Of a stretch of DNA of 64,000 bases, positions 17,984-26,756 are shown one piece after another. This stretch comes from an uncultured Gemmatimonadota bacterium (GTDB lineage: Bacteria; JAAXHH01), in assembly GCA_951812955.1 (NCBI GenBank), contig OX638340.1, positions 1,760,001-1,824,000 on the forward strand. The letters are read 5' to 3'. Every line of letters begins with the position of its first letter. Positions within the stretch are counted from its first letter, which is position 1. The notes beneath the pieces are model-generated. The model saw only the letters and a list, made by a program, of their open reading frames with translations, was not told the origin of the DNA and ran no database searches. The position numbers and the translations under genes are program-made.

Positions 17984-19467
17984 ACACCGCTCCCATCGTA
18001 TCCAAAGTCTGGAGTTTCTGCAACACCCTGCGCGACGACGGGGTGAGCTATGGCGATTACCTGGAACAACTCACCTATCTGATATTTCTGAAGATGGCAG
18101 ACGAGTACGCCAAACCGCCGTACAGTCGGGACGTCGGCATCCCGGTCGAATTCAACTGGCAGAGCCTGAGATCGAAGAACGGCGCGGAACTCGAAGGCCA
18201 CTACGTCGCGCTGCTTCGAGCCTTCGGCACCAGGACGGGCATGCTGGGCCAAGTCTTTACCAGGGCCCAGAACAAGATCCAGGATCCGGCAAAGCTGTTC
18301 CGCCTCATCGCCATGGTGGACGACACCGAATGGGTCACCATGGGCGCCGACATAAAAGGGGATATCTACGAAGGGCTCCTGGAGAAGAACGCCGAAGATA
18401 CCAAGACCGGCGCGGGCCAGTATTTCACGCCGCGTGCTCTCATCCGGGCCATGGTCGAGTGCGTACGGCCCGAACCGGGAATGCTCATCGCTGACCCGGC
18501 CTGCGGTACGGGCGGTTTCTTTCTCGCTGCATACGACTTCATCACCAACCAGGACAATTTCAGGTTAGACAAGGATCAAAAAGCGTTCCTGAAACACGAG
18601 GCGTTTCACGGCAATGAAATCGTCCCCAATACACGCCGTCTTTGCCTGATGAACATGTTCCTGCACAATATCGGTGAAATCGACGGCGGCGTCCCGATAT
18701 CGCCCAACGACGCGCTGGTGGCCGATGCCGGCAAGCGTTACGACTATGTGCTGGCGAATCCGCCCTTCGGCAAGAAAAGTTCCATGAGTTTCACGAACGA
18801 GGAAGGCGAACAGGAAACCGACGACCTGACCTACAACCGGCAGGATTTCTGGGCGACGACCTCGAACAAACAGCTGAATTTCGTGCAGCACATCCGCACG
18901 ATGCTCAAGACCACCGGCCGCGCTGCTGTCGTCGTTCCCGACAATGTACTGTTCGAAGGCGGGGCCGGTGAGACGATCCGCAAAAAGCTGCTGGACAACA
19001 CGGACTTGCACACCATCCTGCGCCTGCCGACGGGCGTGTTCTACGCGCAGGGCGTCAAGGCCAATGTGATCTTCTTCGACAATCACGAAGCCAGCCCGAA
19101 TCCCTGGACGAAGCAGGTCTGGTACTACGACTACCGCACCAATATCCACCATACGCTGAAGAAGAAACCACTGCGCTTCGAGGACCTGTCGGATTTCATC
19201 AACTGCTACAACCCGCAGAATCGCCACCAGCGCAAGGCGACCTGGGACGAAAACGATGCACCGGAAGGCCGTTGGAGGAGTTACAGCTACGAGGAGATAA
19301 TCGCGCGCGACAAGACCAGTCTCGACATCTTCTGGCTCAAGGACAAAAGCCTGACGGACCTGGACAACCTGCCCGAACCTGATGACCTTGCCGAAGAGAT
19401 CATAGAGAACCTGGAGGCAGGTCTCAACAGCTTTCGCGAGGTGCTGGCTGGATTGGGGAGGCAGTAG
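17980..19467 (+). CDS. hsdM: Type I restriction-modification DNA methyltransferase subunit (HsdM), N6-adenine
   Basis: Motif I DPACGTGGFFL, motif IV NPPFG, N-terminal HsdM_N-like region, 495 aa. Confidence 0.92.
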   Translation: MNTAPIVSKVWSFCNTLRDDGVSYGDYLEQLTYLIFLKMADEYAKPPYSRDVGIPVEFNWQSLRSKNGAELEGHYVALLRAFGTRTGMLGQVFTRAQNKIQDPAKLFRLIAMVDDTEWVTMGADIKGDIYEGLLEKNAEDTKTGAGQYFTPRALIRAMVECVRPEPGMLIADPACGTGGFFLAAYDFITNQDNFRLDKDQKAFLKHEAFHGNEIVPNTRRLCLMNMFLHNIGEIDGGVPISPNDALVADAGKRYDYVLANPPFGKKSSMSFTNEEGEQETDDLTYNRQDFWATTSNKQLNFVQHIRTMLKTTGRAAVVVPDNVLFEGGAGETIRKKLLDNTDLHTILRLPTGVFYAQGVKANVIFFDNHEASPNPWTKQVWYYDYRTNIHHTLKKKPLRFEDLSDFINCYNPQNRHQRKATWDENDAPEGRWRSYSYEEIIARDKTSLDIFWLKDKSLTDLDNLPEPDDLAEEIIENLEAGLNSFREVLAGLGRQ

Positions 19468-19608
19468 GCGGTAGATGAACTTGTTAGGGACTCACTTACC
19501 GCGTATTACGATTATGTTCCGTTTATTTTCACTGTATTGAAGTTACTCCGAAAAACCAGTTAGGTTCGATTCATTTTCCATCGCAAGTATGTAAATCACT
19601 GAATTACT

Positions 19609-21777
19609 ATGAATAGTAACTGCAAAACTGAAGTTCGATCCGAATCTGAAATAGTCACCGATTTAGAGAGTTTGAGCCAGGAAAAAGGGTACATCTATTC
19701 CTTCTGTCGAATGGTTGATGAATACCTGTGGTTGAAACCCAGCGAACCCGAAATCCCTGATTGGCACAGTCAATTAAACATACGTGAGTTAACTTTCTTA
19801 TTAGGGTTAATGGTCAAGTATCAATTGACCATATCTGATTCTCCGACTGAACGGGAGTCTGACCTACATATCGATAAGACCAATGAGTTGTTTCATGAAC
19901 TTCATCAAACTCATGCTTTTCCGAAAACAAAGGAAGTAAACGCCGCCCAAGTGAACTTAGAAGATTGGGAATCGGGGTTGAAAAACACCTATACCGACTG
20001 GATCAAAAGCGGTAAAGGTATCGTCGAGCCGGTTTTTTATGGTGAAGAAGGTGCATACGATTTCCAGTTCCTCAAAATGGCAGCATGGAGGTACAAACTT
20101 GATAATCAGTGGATAAAGTCGAACATAGGTATGGATGTTGATACTTTAACTGATATCGCAGGTAAGATTAAACGACTTACCGAATATCGCGCCAATGATG
20201 TAACCAGGACGTCAGACTTCAGAGATTCATGCTTTCGGTTGATATCAGTCTTCTTAATTAAGCCAGATGGCGTTCCTGGCGCTAATAGAGAAGAAATCGA
20301 AGTCTTTCTTGAAACCTTTTCTGTTGAACCACGGGACGGAGTTAATCAGAACCTTAACACGATTGGTGAATACAACACGGCAGACTCGCACCCCATTATT
20401 AAGATTAACAATGAACTTTATTTCATTCCCATCTACTACAACCTAGCAAAATCCATCTACGAGAACCCCTTCTACTGGATTCTCAAAGACAGTGATTACA
20501 GACAAACAGGACTTCAGAACAGGGGTGATGTTACAGAAGAAATAGTATTCGAACTGTTACGACGAGTTTTTGGTATAGACAACGTTTTTCGCAGGGTAAA
20601 AATAAAACGTGGAAACAGAGACATAACGGATATCGACGTTCTTGCAGTATGTGGGAGTAAAGCTGTCATTGTACAGGTGAAATCTAAGAGACTTACGGTG
20701 CTGTCGAAAGGTGGTGATGGCAAGAGCATAGAGAAGGATTTCAAACAAGCTGTTCAGGATGCTTACACCCAAGCGTTATTGTCGAGAAACTTCCTGCTAG
20801 AGACAGATGAAACACTGACGGTTAATGAAGAAAGGCTAATGCAGGTCAAAGGGAACATCGATGATGCCTATATAATCTGCGCTACTGGTGATCATTATCC
20901 TGCAATTACTATTCAGACAAAGTCATACCTCAAAAAGAAGGCAACCGACCCTTACCCAGTTGTACTAAGCGTTTTTGACCTTGATACTATATCGTTTTAC
21001 CTCAGAGAACCGTATGATTTCATATACTACGTTCGTCAACGCACTATACATGCGGGTCACTTCGAGGCTGATTCAGAAATGGCCTTTCTTGGTTTTCATC
21101 TAAACAAAAAACTATTTCCCACAGATGGATATGATATCACGATTATCCCACAATATTATGCATATCTCATCGATATTAGTTTTCCAGTCCTAAAGGGTGA
21201 GCATCCTATTTCGGATGCAGCATACAAGGTATTCCACAAGTGGAAAAACAACGATTTTGATGAGCTAGTTAATGAAATCAAAGTTAGAAATACCGGTCAT
21301 CCACAACTGACAGATTTGATTTTCTTTTTGTTCGATTTAGCAGGATCAGTAGCCGACAAGATTTTCGAAATCTTCGGCGAAATCAAACGAACCACTCGTG
21401 GTGACCTAAAGCCTCACGATGCTACAATTCCAATAGACCAAGCCGGGAAAGGTATAACACTGTTCTGCTACCCTTCGACGTTAGAACTTAGTGAGACAAT
21501 AATCCAAGATCAGTTTCGAGGCTTTGCAGCTGCTCGGAAATACAAAAGCAAAGCTAATGAATGGTTAGCGCTCGCATCATCCGCACAAAGTTCAAATCTG
21601 TTTGACTGTCTCTGGTATAGTAAAGAAGTATGGTGTTATGATGAGAGTTTCGAGCGTCTATCAAAACACATGATTAAACAAGGACATCCCATTCGTACTG
21701 ACGGACGGAAAATAGGTAGAAATTCACCCTGCCCTTGTGGAAGTGGATTGAAGTTTAAAAAGTGCCACGGAAAATAA
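19609..21777 (+). CDS. Large hypothetical protein with a NERD-like PD-(D/E)xK nuclease core and C-terminal SEC-C zinc-binding motif; candidate defence nuclease
   Basis: 722 aa, very AT-rich. Central EEIVFELLRRVFG...RDITDIDVLAVCGSKAVIVQVKSKR fits E...D-x-D...Q-x-K as in the NERD consensus (EIDHIVI...GIFVIETKN). The extreme C-terminus NSPCPCGSGLKFKKCHGK is a SEC-C motif. Confidence 0.5.
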   Translation: MNSNCKTEVRSESEIVTDLESLSQEKGYIYSFCRMVDEYLWLKPSEPEIPDWHSQLNIRELTFLLGLMVKYQLTISDSPTERESDLHIDKTNELFHELHQTHAFPKTKEVNAAQVNLEDWESGLKNTYTDWIKSGKGIVEPVFYGEEGAYDFQFLKMAAWRYKLDNQWIKSNIGMDVDTLTDIAGKIKRLTEYRANDVTRTSDFRDSCFRLISVFLIKPDGVPGANREEIEVFLETFSVEPRDGVNQNLNTIGEYNTADSHPIIKINNELYFIPIYYNLAKSIYENPFYWILKDSDYRQTGLQNRGDVTEEIVFELLRRVFGIDNVFRRVKIKRGNRDITDIDVLAVCGSKAVIVQVKSKRLTVLSKGGDGKSIEKDFKQAVQDAYTQALLSRNFLLETDETLTVNEERLMQVKGNIDDAYIICATGDHYPAITIQTKSYLKKKATDPYPVVLSVFDLDTISFYLREPYDFIYYVRQRTIHAGHFEADSEMAFLGFHLNKKLFPTDGYDITIIPQYYAYLIDISFPVLKGEHPISDAAYKVFHKWKNNDFDELVNEIKVRNTGHPQLTDLIFFLFDLAGSVADKIFEIFGEIKRTTRGDLKPHDATIPIDQAGKGITLFCYPSTLELSETIIQDQFRGFAAARKYKSKANEWLALASSAQSSNLFDCLWYSKEVWCYDESFERLSKHMIKQGHPIRTDGRKIGRNSPCPCGSGLKFKKCHGK

Positions 21778-21847
21778 CATCCGATCCTGAAACTTGATCT
21801 TGCAAGGGTCTGTCACGGAAAGGTTCGGTCATAGAGTATTAAGCTTA

Positions 21848-22918
21848 TTATTCTTCTTGTTCTTCGGGATATGGGAGGACTGGGGCTGTTGTCCAGCCTT
21901 CACGTTCAGGTGAATTATGTCCTGTACATATAGTTCTGCCCTCTGTCGAAACTACTTTCGCCCCACGGTGTATACAAGCCCGAATAACTGCTTTTCTAGG
22001 GTGATCCTCGTCTTCTTTAGACGCACTTATAATTGCGTTAAAATGTTCGTTTCCCTCTTCTTGCTTCTCTGGCAGTCGCTTACCCAGCAATCTGTCAAGT
22101 ATCTCCGTTGATAAATTGCGTCGTGATCCGTGGTGCGGGACCTGAAAATGGTCAATTCCTGGAAGTGTCAGTCCTACTGATGGCGCATAATCCAGTGCCT
22201 CGGTAAGTGCACCTCGTCCTGCATCCGCAGTCAGTAATACCTTTTTCTCGCAAAGATTAGCATACTGGATCACACTCATCTCATTTTCAAAGCTAGTTTC
22301 TTCCGGTGAAAACGTTTCTTCACCCCATGCAGATCTTATAAACGAAACAACACTTTTTACGAAAGCACGTCCATGTCCTAACAATGATTGAGCTGTCCCT
22401 TCCGGAGTTCTATCGGATTCAACAATGAGATTCAGATACCTTTCTTTTGATGGTGCAAGGACCGTGAACTCTCCGATTTGTTCTCCTTGAAATGGTGCCA
22501 ATATCGGTATCTCTCGTGCCTTAGCAATCTCTTCAAGTTCGGCAATGTTTGGGTATATTTCCTTTAGCCTACGAACCAGATTCTCCACATTTGTAAAACG
22601 AGCAAACCGGTCAATTAACTCATCTGCATATAGCCATGGTCGTAACATCCACAACTCTGAGACGCTAAATGCTTCGAGGACTTTTCGTAGCCCGCCTGTA
22701 TGGTCGCCATCGGAATGACTGGCTATAACGGCATCAATCGTGCTAGGGTCATCATAATACTTTTTGATATGCTCAATTACAATGTCTCCAGAATCCTGAA
22801 ATCCTCCATCAGTTACGTGAACTCTCTTGACACCAGCTATGGAATACCGAAGTGGTATTGCATCCCCGCTCTTGCTTGACTTTACGTCAAGGAAATCAAT
22901 TTCAAAAAAGTATGACAT
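21848..22918 (-). CDS. MBL-fold metallo-hydrolase, ComEC-like lactamase domain
   Basis: ASHSDGDHTGG (HxHxDH metal-binding motif). N-terminus FFEIDFLDVKSSKSGDAI resembles the start of the ComEC/Rec2 lactamase domain (FLDVGQGDA). Later HFQVPHHGS. AT-rich. Confidence 0.6.
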   Translation of the reverse strand: MSYFFEIDFLDVKSSKSGDAIPLRYSIAGVKRVHVTDGGFQDSGDIVIEHIKKYYDDPSTIDAVIASHSDGDHTGGLRKVLEAFSVSELWMLRPWLYADELIDRFARFTNVENLVRRLKEIYPNIAELEEIAKAREIPILAPFQGEQIGEFTVLAPSKERYLNLIVESDRTPEGTAQSLLGHGRAFVKSVVSFIRSAWGEETFSPEETSFENEMSVIQYANLCEKKVLLTADAGRGALTEALDYAPSVGLTLPGIDHFQVPHHGSRRNLSTEILDRLLGKRLPEKQEEGNEHFNAIISASKEDEDHPRKAVIRACIHRGAKVVSTEGRTICTGHNSPEREGWTTAPVLPYPEEQEE

Positions 22919-22921
22919 ATG

Positions 22922-23422
22922 CTACTCTTGCTCCTTGATTTTAGCGTTTCTTACGCGCTTAGCTACATATTGAGTCTGTTTTCTATAAGAGAATAAAAAT
23001 ATCAACAATAACCCCGCCAAAATTATTAAAACTATTTCATCATCACTTATAGACCACAAATGCTTCAACTCGTCAAAGATTTTGAGGAAAACTAACACAA
23101 TCACTAGCGAACTCAGCGTACGATACATGTTGTTCTGTTCTGACAAGACCTCGATCTTTGAATCCACTTCTACTGCTTCCAGATAATCCTTGTAGTCTGC
23201 GAACCGAACAAATTTGATCTTTTTGAGTAGGGGTTCCAATATCAACGATCCAATCCTGCTAATGACCAACCCTGCCATGTAGTATATAAACACTCCTATG
23301 ATCCAGTCCTTATGGACTAATGAAAATGAGGTGATTTGTTCTCCCAGACCAGCAAATAGAACTCCAGGAAGTAGATAGTTAAAAATGTTATATGACGACA
23401 GCTTTTCAATTACAGTTTTCAT
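22922..23422 (-). CDS. Small hydrophobic membrane protein (about 4 TM segments), translationally coupled to the MBL gene
   Basis: Hydrophobic stretches (IFNYLLPGVLFAGL; WIIGVFIYYMAGLVISRIGSLIL; LSSLVIVLVFLKIF; IVLIILAGLLLIFLF). Stop is 3 bp from the MBL gene start. Confidence 0.5.
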   Translation of the reverse strand: MKTVIEKLSSYNIFNYLLPGVLFAGLGEQITSFSLVHKDWIIGVFIYYMAGLVISRIGSLILEPLLKKIKFVRFADYKDYLEAVEVDSKIEVLSEQNNMYRTLSSLVIVLVFLKIFDELKHLWSISDDEIVLIILAGLLLIFLFSYRKQTQYVAKRVRNAKIKEQE

Positions 23423-24268
23423 CAGGTTTGCCTTTTTGTTTTATTGCCTAAAACATCCTCCATAACAACAAAATCTAATGTACACAACTAATCGTCGTAC
23501 TAGCTAGTAAGTGAAACTTCCACTCCTATCCTGCTTTAAAATGGTATGTCAACACCAGAAGTGATTTTTGTACAGCACCTAATTGGGTAGTGATATGTTT
23601 TTAAATCTCGTTGAATGTAACCCTAATGTATCGACAAATCCCGATTATTTACAAGTAATTAACCCGTAGATTGCCTCTTTAAACAGATTGACATGGGAGG
23701 TTCTACATGGTAACCTGAACACGTCAACGATTCCAATTCGGCTCGAGCCGGGTATTCTGCTGAATATAGAACCCACAAAGGTAGATTTGCAAAACCTCCC
23801 GCAATCTTTAGGTGGAGCGTTGACACTGCCCGTCACCAACAAACAGATTGGTGCTAAAGCTGGGGTTCGCCATGAGGGTTTTCGGTACCATAGTACTGTG
23901 GGTGTTAGCACTGTAGGAACTTAGATGTTCATAGTTGCCATGTTTTATTCCAATTCGGTTTCCTAGGAGCTAGAGCAGGACAATCTCGATTTAGTAGCAA
24001 AGGAACATCAGGTCTCTGTTTTGGAGAATACCCTTGAGAAGTTGAGGGCTCAAACCAACTTGGTGGATGAACTGACGGCCGTTCAGATAGAAAACATCAA
24101 ACTGATGGATAAGTTGATCAAAGCGAACAACGACTAGATTAATATGGTAAACAAGCATTTCATAAAGCATAGGTACCGTCCCATTGACCGGGGAGGGTTA
24201 GATTGCAACTAAGTCTTAGGATTGGTCGCCAGAGACTGAACGGTTCGGTGCCCTGATTGCGTGGTTGA

Positions 24269-24400
24269 ATGGTCAAGTTCGAGGAAATTGACAAGCAGTT
24301 CGACCGGGTGGATGTACCACTGGACGTGCTGGTGCTGAACATGCGTGAACTCAGAACCGATGTGACAGATGGTCTTAGAAAACACGCAATAGAAAGATAG
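24269..24400 (+). CDS. Small hypothetical ORF (43 aa)
   Basis: MVKFEEIDKQFDRVDVPLDVLVLNMRELRTDVTDGLRKHAIER; weak RBS; first of a same-strand series of short ORFs. Confidence 0.2.
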   Translation: MVKFEEIDKQFDRVDVPLDVLVLNMRELRTDVTDGLRKHAIER

Positions 24401-24413
24401 GAGGGAGTGAAGA

Positions 24414-24566
24414 ATGGAAAATGACGGACAACTGGAACAGATTATCGAACTGTTGATGGACTTAAATTCCCACATGGCAGACCTTAAAGAACTCATCAAG
24501 GTTTCAAACAATCAACTGGATATCATCAAAAGTTACTTGGACAGCATAGATCGTAATTCAGCATAG
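24414..24566 (+). CDS. Small hypothetical protein (50 aa), helical
   Basis: AGGAGGGAG RBS 6 nt upstream. MENDGQLEQIIELLMDLNSHMADLKELIKVSNNQLDIIKSYLDSIDRNSA. Confidence 0.3.
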   Translation: MENDGQLEQIIELLMDLNSHMADLKELIKVSNNQLDIIKSYLDSIDRNSA

Positions 24567-24574
24567 GAGTCAAT

Positions 24575-24751
24575 ATGTCGTTGGGAGGATATACGTATAT
24601 AGCGGACACTGAGACATTGAAATCAAACTACGAGTTATTGCAGAAAAGCCTTATTCAACTTATCAACGAGACGAATAGTGCTGAAATAATGCTCAAGGCG
24701 ATTTCGTTAATGATCGAACTAGATTCCACCTATACCAAGGGAAATAGGTGA
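24575..24751 (+). CDS. Small hypothetical protein (58 aa)
   Basis: AGGAG RBS. MSLGGYTYIADTETLKSNYELLQKSLIQLINETNSAEIMLKAISLMIELDSTYTKGNR. Starts 9 nt after the previous stop. Confidence 0.3.
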   Translation: MSLGGYTYIADTETLKSNYELLQKSLIQLINETNSAEIMLKAISLMIELDSTYTKGNR

Positions 24752-24761
24752 AGGGGTCTTT

Positions 24762-24878
24762 ATGCCCACAGGACCGAAGGGCGAGAAGCGGCCTCGTGAC
24801 TTCGTCGGATCGGTCATTACAGTCGGCAAGATCACCACTGGTTTAATAGAAGAGACCAGAGTAAGCCCTGCCAAGTAA
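24762..24878 (+). CDS. Small hypothetical ORF (38 aa)
   Basis: GAAGGGG RBS. MPTGPKGEKRPRDFVGSVITVGKITTGLIEETRVSPAK. Confidence 0.2.
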   Translation: MPTGPKGEKRPRDFVGSVITVGKITTGLIEETRVSPAK

Positions 24879-24995
24879 AATGCCGGAACTAGGCCAGGTC
24901 GATACGACTGACCGCGTCATGCCGGACCGAGATCGGCTGGTATGCCGGCGAATGTGCGGTGGGGAGGTCAAAGTACCAGATAGCGGAGGATTGAC

Positions 24996-25151
24996 ATGAA
25001 GCAACTGGAGCAGAAGGATATTAAGATCGCATTGGATAGGCTCAATGCCGAAATAGAACAAAAGCAACGCACGGTGGACCATTATCAAGGTGAATTGGAT
25101 AGCCTTAAAAACGTTGCGGAGCTTTTGGAGTCTCTTCTGGGATCACAGTAA
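24996..25151 (+). CDS. Small hypothetical protein (51 aa), coiled-coil-like
   Basis: GGAGGA RBS. MKQLEQKDIKIALDRLNAEIEQKQRTVDHYQGELDSLKNVAELLESLLGSQ. Confidence 0.3.
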   Translation: MKQLEQKDIKIALDRLNAEIEQKQRTVDHYQGELDSLKNVAELLESLLGSQ

Positions 25152-25453
25152 ACTGATACTGGTGGAAGTCAGTATGGATTTTGGAAGAATTTAAGATCGT
25201 ACTCGAAATCGTAAGGACATTGCTTGGCCCATGATTGAAAGGAGGTCATGATGGACAGGTACAAAGGAATGTATCCGATTCCAATAAATAGAGAAATCAT
25301 TGAGACCAAGAGGAAGCATTGGGAAGTCCTTCTATAAGCAGACCGAGTTCTCGAACAGGCTTCCAAGCAAATTGGTCTCGACACGTCCGAAGAAACATAT
25401 TAAAAATAAGAGAAATGCTTAACACAACGGGTTGGTTTCGTTATACTTAGTAT

Positions 25454-26191
25454 ATGAAAAGGATCATCCGAGACAAGCTACTGTTAATGCTGAACATGCT
25501 GTTAGAAGTGTCTTCGATAAGTTCTATCGCTAGGATCGTCGGGGTCAACTACATCACCGTTCAGAAACTCATGCTGGATTCCGTTCAGGTGTGCAAAATC
25601 TTCCACCATAAAACCGTAATGGATGAAGACGCCAAGCAAATACAATGCGACAAATATGGAACTTCGTTTAGAACAAGGTCCAATGCGGTCTGGACGTAGA
25701 CGGCCATCCGGCAAGACACCAAGTTTATTCTGGCTTTCAAGGACGGAGACAGAACCAACGAAACCGCCAAGACGCTATTCGACGATCTGATGACGCGGCT
25801 GCGAAACAAGATGTGGATCCGGACGGACAGGCTTCCTTCCTACTCAGGGGCGATATGGGACTCGTTTTTCGTGTCTGCCACACATCAATTAGCGGGCGCC
25901 GCCGCAGTCTAATACTCCAACATAGAGCGCCAGAATCTCAACATGCACATGGGAGTGTGAAGGTACACCCGAGCGACCGATGCGTTCTCTAAGAAGATCG
26001 ACTATCTATACAACCTGCTCTCATTGTACTTCGTCTTCTACAACTTTATCCGAAAGCATCTGCTACTTGGCATGACTCTCGCTCAGGGAATCGGCCTTTC
26101 TGGTGAAACCCGCGACCTGGGTAAGATACTTGATGTGGTGGACGAAGCAGCCCCACTTCCGAACAGGCCGAAGACGTACAGAAAGTGCTAG
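25454..26191 (+). mobile_element. Decayed IS1-family transposase (InsA-like HTH ORF plus frameshifted InsB-like C-terminal fragments), IS remnant
   Basis: 25454..25699 encodes an InsA-like HTH (SISSIARIVGVNYITVQKLM, cf. IS1 InsA ...ATARIMGVGLNTILRHL). Downstream frames give ...KTLFDDLMTRLRNKMWIRTDRLPSYSGAI... and ...ERQNLNMHMGV*RYTRATDAFSKKIDYLYNLLSLYFVFYNFIRKHLLLGMTLAQG..., the conserved IS1-family transposase C-terminus. Reading frame is broken by stops and shifts. Confidence 0.6.
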
Positions 26192-26235
26192 GAACATCAT
26201 TCATTCTTTTGTCACAAGGAGTATTCACTGTGGAT

Positions 26236-26550
26236 ATGCGTAAACTTACGGTTAAAATATCTGATCCCAATGAGGAAGATTCATCGGGGTTTTTAGTTGA
26301 GGCTGTACCGATTGGGGCAAGCCTCGTCTTGACATCAGTAGGATACATCAGATTGAGGGCAGTGAGTGAAAGAACGGATGTATACGGTCTCGCTATTTTG
26401 GAGTTAATTCCTTCTGCAAAGTTGAATGGCTTGTATTACAGGATCAATATCTCTGACGGTAGCGCGAGTTACTCACGCTTTATCATAATGCCGAACGAAG
26501 ACGTCAATCTGCATGATTTAATGTTGTATGAAGAGATGCCGGAAGGCTGA
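26236..26550 (+). CDS. Hypothetical protein (about 104 aa)
   Basis: ORF 26185..26550, probably starting at ATG 26236 or GTG 26230 behind an AAGGAG RBS. No recognisable family. Confidence 0.3.
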   Translation: MRKLTVKISDPNEEDSSGFLVEAVPIGASLVLTSVGYIRLRAVSERTDVYGLAILELIPSAKLNGLYYRINISDGSASYSRFIIMPNEDVNLHDLMLYEEMPEG

Positions 26551-26756
26551 AGGCTAAATTACCGATAACATACAATCCTTAGTACTACCTTAATTGAATG
26601 ATAGCGGTACCTAGAGTTGCTTGTAATCGGGCTCTCACAATCTCGTTTAAAAATTGGTCAACAATCAATGTGCTCTTAACACAGTGCAATTATACACCGC
26701 ACGTTCATCGAGAAACCACATTACTTGATACAACCTCGACTACACGATAAGGCTTT

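Noticed and set aside
23645-23924. 78-aa plus ORF and 88-aa minus ORF in the spacer between the membrane-protein gene and the small-ORF run
   Set aside because: They overlap each other, lack a convincing RBS, and the translations have no sensible composition or pattern. Left as intergenic.
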